A stretch of 64,000 bases of DNA from Ranitomeya imitator (Eukaryota): the NCBI RefSeq assembly GCF_032444005.1, contig NC_091283.1, positions 715,108,001-715,172,000 of the forward strand, read 5' to 3'. The notes beneath the pieces are model-generated. The model made no database searches and was not told where the DNA came from. It saw only the letters and a program-made list of their open reading frames with translations. Both the position numbers and the translations under genes were made by a program. The stretch's first letter is position 1; the number at the start of each line of letters is the position of its first letter. Shown one piece after another: positions 49,376-58,559 of the stretch.

Positions 49376-49492
49376 AACTCACATAGCGCCAAATTCACAG
49401 TGGATCGTCATAGCGGTGTTCTTCGTATCAAAGCCGGGGTGTCATTGGACTTTGAAAAAACAAGAACTCATTTTGTCACAGTCTTAGCCAAG
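49376..49492 (+). CDS. CDHR1: CDHR1 coding exon (117 bp; EC2)
   Basis: TTTATTTTCAG acceptor, AAG|GTAGGT donor. Encodes [39 protein letters not shown], matching the CDHR1 VDRHSGVLR...LDYE motif. Confidence 0.95.
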
Positions 49493-49980
49493 GTAGGTCC
49501 TTTGTTTTATTAACTTGATTATTCACATGGTGTTTGGTGTATACATTGAAGGTATTCCCCAACAAATGCAACTGTATAGCTATGCACAATGCATATGGAA
49601 TACAAGTGGCCCACTGTATAAAAAAGGACAATATGCAATTTTCTGAACAAAATTTTGGCCTTCATGGGGAAAAAAGGGGTCTTTGGCTGCATAGGATGTG
49701 TGCACCAGAAGCTTTCCATGTGAAAATGTTGACTGGAAATACAATGTAAATTCAGTTTAAGAGACAAAAAGGCACAAAAGACGATATAGTCTGGCACATG
49801 GTAGGGGGTGTCAACCGTGGCATTCTCAAAACAAAATCATGAGTAAAATAATTGGTGTTGTTTGGTATTTTGAATGTGTAAACAAGTGTTTTTTTTATAG
49901 TGTTTATTATAAGCAGTGCACAGTACAAGGAATGAAAGTGAAGGCTCTGGTGCCTGACTTAAGACGTGCCTCATCAGCAC

Positions 49981-50944
49981 AAGGGTTGAGCGAAACGGGT
50001 CGGCCATTTTCAGAAGTCGCCGACTTTTGGCAAAGTCGGGTTTCATGAAACCCGACCCGACCCCTGTGTGGGGTCGGCCATGAGGTCGGCGATCTTCTGA
50101 ATCTGGTATCGGAATTCCGATCCCGAGTTCCGATATGTTTGCAATATCGGAAATCGGTGTAGGAATCCATATTTAAGTGTAAAATAAAGAATTAAAATAA
50201 AAAATATTGCTATACTCACCCTCGGACGCGCCCTGGTACTAACCGGCAGCCTTCCTTCCTTAGAATCAGCGCGTGAAGGGCCTTAGATGACGTCGCGGCT
50301 TGTGATTGGTCGCGCGACCGCCCATGTGACCGCTCGCGCGACCAATCACAAGCCGCGACGTCACCAAAGGTCCTTCAAGCGCTGATTCTTAGGAAGGAAG
50401 GCTGCCGGAAAGAAGCAGGGCGCGTCCGAGGGTGAGTATATACCTAATATACCTAATAGGAATATACTCACCCTCGGACGCGCCCTGCTTCTTTCCGGCA
50501 GCCTTCCTTCCTAAGAATCAGCTCTTGAAGGACCTTCGGTGACGTCGCGGCTTGTAATTGGTCGCGCGAGCGGTCACATGGGCGGTCGCGCGACCAATCA
50601 CAAGCCGCGACGTCATCTAAGGCCCTTCACGCGCTGATTCTAAGGAAGGAAGGCTGCCGGTTAGTACCAGGGCGCGTCCGAGGGTGAGTATAGCAATATT
50701 TTTTATTTTAATTCTTTATTTTACACTTAAATATGGATCCCAGGGCCTGAAGGAGAGTTTCCTCTCCTTCAGACCCTGGGAACCATTGGAAACCCAATGC
50801 ACTGCATTGGGTTTCGAGTTTCGGCCGACCCCGACCCCGACTTTTTTTATAGGATCGGCCGATTTCACTCGACCCGACTTTTGAAAAAGTCGGGTTTTGT
50901 GAAACCCGACCCGATCCTATAAAAGTAAAAGTCGCTCAACCCTA
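49981..50944. mobile_element. Non-autonomous hAT element with a doubly palindromic core
   Basis: (A)AGGGTTGAGCG ... CGCTCAACCCTA, with an 8-bp TSD ATCAGCAC at 49973-49980 and 50945-50952. Confidence 0.92.
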
Positions 50945-52693
50945 ATCAGCACCCCTCTTTACTTGTCTCCCACTCCTTCCCAATTTTCTGCACCTACAAC
51001 TAATTTTTCTATGATATGTTGGTTTGAGAAAACTCACAGACAGACTGCAGACATGTGTCTTCTGATGTTTTGGTCCCTTTTCCCTGAACACCAATGGTAA
51101 ATAAATGTCTACTCATTTTCCCATGTGAAAATGTAAAATCTGGGGCTAAAGCACTGCTCTTGTGGTAAAAATGTAATCATTTTTCTTTTCTTCACTGCTC
51201 AATGGTGTAAATGTCTGGGACACGCCCGTGGTGTCAAAATGATCACTTCTTCTGTAGATGAATTTATTGAGAGGTGTAGTTTGTAAAATGTGTTCATTTA
51301 AGGAAGGGTTCTGCTGTTCTGGCACCACAGGAGCCAGGGACAGACACTGACAGTGAAGGGCCCATGAGCTGGACATTTTATGGCTCATTCAGATGATTGT
51401 GTATCATGTACTGTCCGTTGAGCTTGAGCAGCATGTAGAATCAGTCATCATGCAATTTTTCATACGTATTGATGATCTGTGTGAAAAAAATTGCAGCATG
51501 TAATAGTCTGGTCTGTTTTATAAAGCCAACTAGTGCATGTCAATTGCAGTCAGCCATTGTACTTTTTTGCCATGCACACAGAACCTGTCACAGCTGCAAT
51601 TTGCGGACATGACTGGCTCTTCTGTCAGGCGACCACTGCTGACAAAATGTTATTTTAAGTGGTTGTCCATCACTCGGATAACCTTGTGTCATCCAACATG
51701 TTCCCTTAGTAAAATAACAATCTTACGTTTTATTGGATAGTACTCGGACCAGTGTTGTACTATGGGCAGTGCTGACCAGCACTTTTTTGTTATGCCGATT
51801 CAGCATGAGAAAAAATCGAAGCATGGTGAGATTGGCTCCGATATTCAGATCACGCGCACCTATACACATCGATTAGTGCATGTGAAACATTGTCATTCCG
51901 ATTACCGCAGACATAAGCAATGACGAAGATGGAGATATTATGTTCACCGTCTTCTGCACACCTGTGATCCGATTCTCTCACACTAGATTATCGGATCACA
52001 CTAAGGTGACACTCAGAGCACCCTCTGACAGAGTTTGTTCTGAGTGACAATAGCATAATCAGCCTTTTTCTGTCACATTAAAATCTACTGCCATGTGACC
52101 CCTGCCTGATACTCATCTCTAGTGCATCACTGTTCAAGCAGTGTCGTCACTCGCTTTCCCAGGGCTGACGTGACATTATGTATCACAATTGCTGCGGCCA
52201 ATCAGCGCTGGCTTCACTATACCTTCCTTCAGACAAAGCAGACATCAAGAGGAAACCAGAGCTGATTGGCCGCAGGGATCGCATGACATAATCTCACGTC
52301 CTGGGAGTGCGAGTGACGACACTGCTGGAACAGCACCGGCACTGGAGATGAGCAGAGGTGTTGTTATCTTACTGGTGGCAAATAATCAGATTGAGAAGGT
52401 GGTGTCCAAGTAGTGAACAACCCCATTAACATAAATTAAGTTTTATTTTGTTAAAATTCTTACATATTTTTCACACGAGACTGTAATTGTCAGACTTGTC
52501 CATAGTCCTCTTTTCAGCTTCCTCTCCAAGATGTGATTCATTGGTACAGAAGACACTTTTTCTTCCTCCCCTGTCAGCCCACCAAAGATGTTCTTATAAA
52601 GCAAAGTCAACGACTGGCTGACAGAGGATGAGACCCCAATATCCTTTTGTGCAGGTCTTTGAACTTTACAAGAGGCCCTCTATAGATGTCTTA

Positions 52694-53418
52694 AGGTACC
52701 GTCACACTAGACGATATCGCTAGCGATCCGTGACGTTGCAGCGTCCTCGCTAGCGATATCGTCCAGTGTGACAGGCAGCAGCGATCAGGCCCCTGCTGTG
52801 CTGTCGCTGGTCGGGGAAGAAAGTCCAGAACTTTATTTCGTCGCTGGACTCCCCGCACACATCGCTGAATCGGCGTGTGTGACACCGATTCAGCGATGTC
52901 TTCACTGGTAACCAGGGTAAACATCGGGTAACTAAGCGCAGGGCCGCGCTTAGTAACCCGATGTTTACCCTGGTTACCATCCTAAAAGTAAAAAAAAACA
53001 AACACTACATACTTACCTACAGCCGTCTGTCCTCCAGCGCTGTGCTCTGCACTCCTCCTGCTCTGGCTGTGAGCGTCGGTCAGCCGGAAAGCAGAGCGGT
53101 GACGGCACCGCTCTGCTTTCCGGCCGCTGTGCTCACAGCCAGTACAGGAGGAGTGCAGAGCACAGCGCTGGAGGACAGACGGCTGTAGGTAAGTATGTAG
53201 TGTTTGTTTTTTTTTACTTTTAGGATGGTAACCAGGGTAAACATCGGGTTACTAAGCGCGGCCCTGCGCTTAGTTACCCGATGTTTACCCTGGTTACCAG
53301 CATCGTTGGTCGCTGGAGAGCTGTCTGTGTGACAGCTCTCCAGCGACCAAACAGCGACGCTGCAGCAATCCGGATCGTTGTCGGTATCGCTGCAGCGTCG
53401 CTAAGTGTGACGGTACCT
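52694..53418. mobile_element. Complete PIF/Harbinger-like MITE
   Basis: TTA|AGGTACCGTCACACT ... AGTGTGACGGTACCT|TTA, with nested palindromes. Confidence 0.92.
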
Positions 53419-53572
53419 TTATAGTGGCTATGGACAATGCACACACAGACACTAAACTCTATTGTCTCTCCCTCCCTAGCAATCCCCCCTCACCCACCTC
53501 ATGCAGATCAAAATGACAGCATTCATGCTGTGCTGTGAGGACTGGTATCATGCCACAGAGAGCACCCCTCAC

Positions 53573-53740
53573 TAGGGTTGAGCGACTTTTACTTTTTTAG
53601 GGTCGAGTCGGGTTTTGCGAAACCCGACTATCTCAAAAGTCGAGTCGAGTGAAATCGGCCGATTATGGCAAAAAGTCGGGGATCGACCGAAACACAAAAC
53701 CCAATGCAAAGTCAATGGGAAATCTATCTTGTTTTTTTTT

Positions 53741-53784
<44 letters not shown>

Positions 53785-54051
53785 GAAAAGCTGGTGTTAC
53801 ACATTGCAAATCGCTACAGCGCACAAGCGAGAAGATGGCGATAGGCGTCCACGCCCATAAGACCTATGTCATCACTCTGCCCACGCTCCTTCATTGGCTG
53901 AAAAAATATGAAATATGAAACGCGACTTTGGCGCGAAGATCGCCGACCGCATGGCCGATCCCACACTAGGATCGGGTCGGGTTTCATGAAACCTGACTTT
54001 GCCAAAAGTCGGCGACTTTTGAATTTGTCCGATCCGTTTCGCTCAAGCCTA
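53573..54051. mobile_element. hAT MITE containing a (CT)n microsatellite at about 53745-53782
   Basis: TAGGGTTGAGCG ... CGCTCAAGCCTA, with an 8-bp TSD CCCCTCAC at 53565-53572 and 54052-54059. Confidence 0.9.
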
Positions 54052-54399
54052 CCCCTCACCCCTGTGTGCCATGCAGATGGACATAAGGAGTCGCACACAT
54101 AATGTAACTGTGAGAATCAGTTTGAGTTTTTTCCTACAGTCTTCTGAATCTTGTCTCCTGTATCACAATTCTAGCTGCATCAGCAAGAGGAGAGGAAGGG
54201 GCATCATCCAGTGTCTTTTGCAGAATGCAGCAGAGAAACCCACCCCCTCTATCTGCAAATGATTTAGGTACAGCCCCCTTCCTCTCCACGTAGTGTTCAT
54301 GCTGTTGCTGGATCTATGATTTAATCATAAAGTTTTAGGTGTAGTCTGGGCCCCCTTTCCTCTGGAGCCCCTGTGCAGCTGCACTGGCAGTATGTTCGC

Positions 54400-56070
54400 C
54401 CCTGTCAGTCAAGGCACCTGCAAATGATACCAGCTAAATCTGCACTACAATATGGCTCTCCTTCCATTCTGTGCTTTCCATTGAGTCTGAAAAGTATTTC
54501 CCGATTACATGTAGGGTATTGGCAAACTCAGGTGAAATTGCACAATAAACTGCGAGGTTCATTTTTTCCTATTAGCCCTTATAAAAGTTATTATTCTTTC
54601 TTCAGTGCCCAATGGTATAAAATCCTGAGGCACAAGAGGTATAAATATGCTCACAGCACCCCCAGATGAATTTATTGAGATCCAATATGGCACCTTTTCC
54701 CTTCTGAGCTTTCCATTATGCCTCAAAAGTAGTTTTTCACCACATATGGGATATTGCCATACTTGGAGAAATTGCAATTGTACTGCCCATTTACTCACCC
54801 CAAAGTTATACAATTCTGTGAATTACTTGAAGGTTAAAAATACTCACTAATCCCTTAAATGAATTCCTTGAGAGGTGTAGTTTCCAAAATTGGGTCACTT
54901 GTGGGGGTTTCTGCTATTTTGGCATATCAGGGGTTCTTCAAATGCGTTTGCAACCTATTCTAGCCAAAATGGCATTCTGTCCCTTATTAGACGTGTGCCC
55001 AAAGTGTGATATTTGTTTTACTACTCAAAGTTATACATTTCTGTGATGCACTTGTAGTTCAAGATGCACACCACACCACTAGATAATTTCCTTGAGTGGT
55101 GTAGTGTCCAAAACAGGGTCACTTGGGGGGGCTCAAGGTTATACAATTCTTTGAAGTGCCTGTGGGTTGAAGGTTCTTACCACACGTCTGAATTCCTTGA
55201 GGGGTGTAGTTTGCAAAATGGGGCCATTTGTAGGGGGGTTTCACTCTTTAGGCACATCAGGCACATCATCTGCTAACGTGACATGACGTCCACTATCTAT
55301 TGCAGTCAGTTTTGCATTTCAAAAGTCAAATGGTGCTCCTTCCCTTCCAAGCTCTGTCGTGCATGCAAACATTACTTTTCCAACATATTGTAGAACAAAT
55401 TATATGGTCCATTTTCTACTGTTACCCTTGTGATAATGCAAATTATGGGGCTAAAGTTACATTTTTGTGGGAAAAAGTGATATATTCATTTTTTCCTTAA
55501 ATATTGCTTTAATTCCTGTGAAGTACCTGAAGTGTTAATAAACTTTTTGAGTGTGGTTTTTAGCACTATGAGGGGTGCAATATTTAACATGGTGTCATTT
55601 TGGGGTATTTTCTGTTACTTAGGCCCCTCAAAGTTACTTCAAATGTGATGTGGTCCTCCCCAAAAAAAGGGTTTTGTAAAGTTTGTGGGAAAAATGAAAA
55701 ATTGCTGATAACTTTTAACCCTTCTAACTTCCTAACAAAAAATTATGTTTGAAAAATGATGATGATGCAAAGTAGACATGTGGTAAATGTTATTTATTAA
55801 GCAATTTTCTGTGATGTAACTATCTGGTTTAAGAGCGTAAAAATTGAAAGTTTTAAAATTGCGAAATGTTTCACCAAACTTTTGATATTTTCACAAGCGC
55901 AAAAATATCAACCTAAATTTACCACTACCATGAAGTACAACATGTGAAAAAAAGTCTCAGAATCACTGGAACATTTGAAACTTTCCAGAGTTATTACCAC
56001 ATAAAGTAACACTGGTCAGAATTGTAAAAATTGGCCTAGTCTGGAAAGGAAAAACAGGCTTTGGCGCGAA
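54400..56070. mobile_element. Decayed relative of the 29455-33880 piggyBac-like element (tandem units plus end region)
   Basis: Recurrent TTCCTTGAG...GTAGTTT(C/G)CAAAATGGGG units and similarity to 33240-33850. A shorter piece lies at about 51000-51370. Boundaries are approximate. Confidence 0.6.
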
Positions 56071-56339
56071 CCTGCTAATTTTGCCGTGTTGCCACATGAG
56101 AGAACATGACTGCTATGCAAGGCTGAACCAATAGGCTTAAATTAATTCTAATCAATGTTAATATTAACATATTATTTATAAATATTATTAAATAGTAATT
56201 ATATCATTTAATATTGAGCAGAAATAAGCTGAAATCCCACTATATAAACTAGATATTGAAGCTTGTGGGAAATAATTTGCATATTTCTGTTGCATTCTGG
56301 GAAGAATGAAGAGTTGCCACGAGTCTGAAGGATCTTTGG

Positions 56340-57632
56340 TTGTAGCAGGATAGAGCTGCTCGAAGGGAATCGCCAAACCGCATGCCGCTAGGAGGGCAAA
56401 TATTTACAGTCATTCCACAGAAACTTGTTTTGTTAAATATGGAAAAGGATATGGAATTTTACACTGTGTGCTATATGTTTACAGAATTGCCAGAGGAAAA
56501 GACAAACTTTACGTGCCAGAAATGCAAGCTTGTGACAGTAAGAAGAAAAGGTGCAAAGCCTTCAAGAGAAAATAGCTATACTGAAGCTCATCAAAGAAGA
56601 TGATTTCCTTGACAGAGCAGAATGTTCCAAGAGAAGAACTTTTCTGTGTTCCTGCAGAAGATAATAACAGAGTAGAAAACAGTATTCAGAATGTTTGAAA
56701 ATAAGCACCTTTCAATGTACCTGCAGAAGAATATTGGATGCTTGTGACCCCAAGAAGCAGGAGAATGAGGAGGCAGTCAGCACCCAAACTGCTGAAGAAC
56801 TGCTACCAGGGGCTCTCAGGACATTACTTCACGAGCAGTGTGCTATCTTCCAGGTGCCTAAATCAAAGATGTGTCTTATCAGGTATCAAGACTCTTCGGT
56901 GCTAAATACAACTAAGCATGTCCATTGATGCACGTAGGAACAAATCACAAAGCAAGAAAGGACCTGGAAACTATAGGCGGTGACTTTGAAGACCTAGGTG
57001 AGAAAGTGAAGGAATTGGCAGCGCAGGTCATCTTCTCATCCATCCTCCCAGTGGATGGACATAGACCAAGGAGATTGAACAGGATTCTACAGGTGAACAA
57101 CTGGCTATGTCAATGTTTTTTGATCATGGAGTGTAATACCTGTATAAAGGACTCCATGCTAGAGATGGGTTGCATCTTATGAAAATAGGAAAACACATTT
57201 TTGGTAGACGCCTTTCTATACTCATCAGGAGAGCTTTAAACTAAAGCAATATGGGATGGGAAATATATAGCCATGAAGAAATATACAGCTAATGAATTCT
57301 GCTATTAGAAGTGGAAATGACAAGCAAAAACAACAAATTCTGAATGAAAATAGAGGAGCAAGAGAAGCAAACTACAAAATAAAATGTGTCTATACAAATG
57401 CACATAGCATGGGAAACAAATAAGGAGAATTGGAGCTTCTAGCACAGGAAGAAGATATGATGTCATAGGCATCACAGAAACATGGTGGGATAATACACAT
57501 GCTTGAAATACAAACCTTGAATGCCACAACTTATCTCTTATAAACAGGATTAACAAGAATGGAGGAGGTGTTGTATTGTATGTTTTGAAATCATATATCT
57601 CCACAGAGATCCAAGCTTCAAAGACTGGTAGC
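56340..57632 (+). mobile_element. Decayed CR1-type LINE 5' part (ORF1 zinc finger and esterase, ORF2 endonuclease start), cut by the hAT insertion
   Basis: VCYMF...FTCQKCKLV zinc finger, HVGTN...VIFSSILPV SGNH-esterase motifs, and endonuclease-like GITETWWDNTH. Several frameshifts. Confidence 0.8.
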
Positions 57633-58559
57633 TAGTGTTGAGCGATACTTTCCGATATTCGGAAGCATCGGTATCGGATTGGATCGGCCGATATCGAAAA
57701 AATATCGGATATCGCCGATACCGATACCCGATACCAATGCAAGTCAATGGGACAAAAATATCGGAATTGAAATAAACCCTTTCTTTCCTTGTGGTTAATT
57801 CCACATGAAGGAAAACAACAAAGAATAACGTAGATTGGGGGAGGTGGAGGAGACATTAAAGGCATAGAGGTTTAGCCCAAATGAAATGGAAGAACAGGAA
57901 TTATTTTTTTTTTAAGACGTTCGGAGTTACAAAGATATTAACTATGTTTAGATTTTTTATATTTTGTCACATATTTATGTTTCACTACTTCCATTCTCTG
58001 CACCTTTTTTTTTTACTTCTCCCACACTTTCCTCTTCATCATCCTCAGCAGCAGCATCTTTTTCATCAACATCTTCTTCACCTTATTCATCTTCTTATTC
58101 ACCTTCTTCCTATTATTCTTTTTGTAAAAATTCTCCATATTCTTCTTATTCAACTCTTATTCTTCTTCATATTCTACATCTTCATGTTCTTCATATTCTT
58201 CTTCTTCATAATATTGTTATTTGTGACAGCCATTCCTGTAGTTGTTATCTATAAAAATTTGAAGATTACACCTTCCGTTCTGCCTGTCACAAAAGATTTG
58301 CAACAGTATTTGTCCGCATTCAGTTTTGCCTGCAGCAGCAGGTATTTTCCAGGGGCACCACGAGGAGGAACGGACTCACCCCCATACACTGCTTAATCTT
58401 CTTCTGCTTATAATTTAGATAATATTTTTTGCTCCGATTTTTAGTCTTATGCTTAACGTTCTTCTGCTTTTTGTTCTGCAACTTCTTGTTCTTCTGCTTC
58501 TCGGTCTTCAGGGTCATCATCTTTAGGGTCTTGAACTTGGAAATGTAGCAGAAGGTACA

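Noticed and set aside
57881-58396. 171-aa hydrophobic + strand ORF
   Set aside because: It is the low-complexity TCT/TCA-rich complement of the GAA-rich tract inside the hAT element, with no support as a protein.
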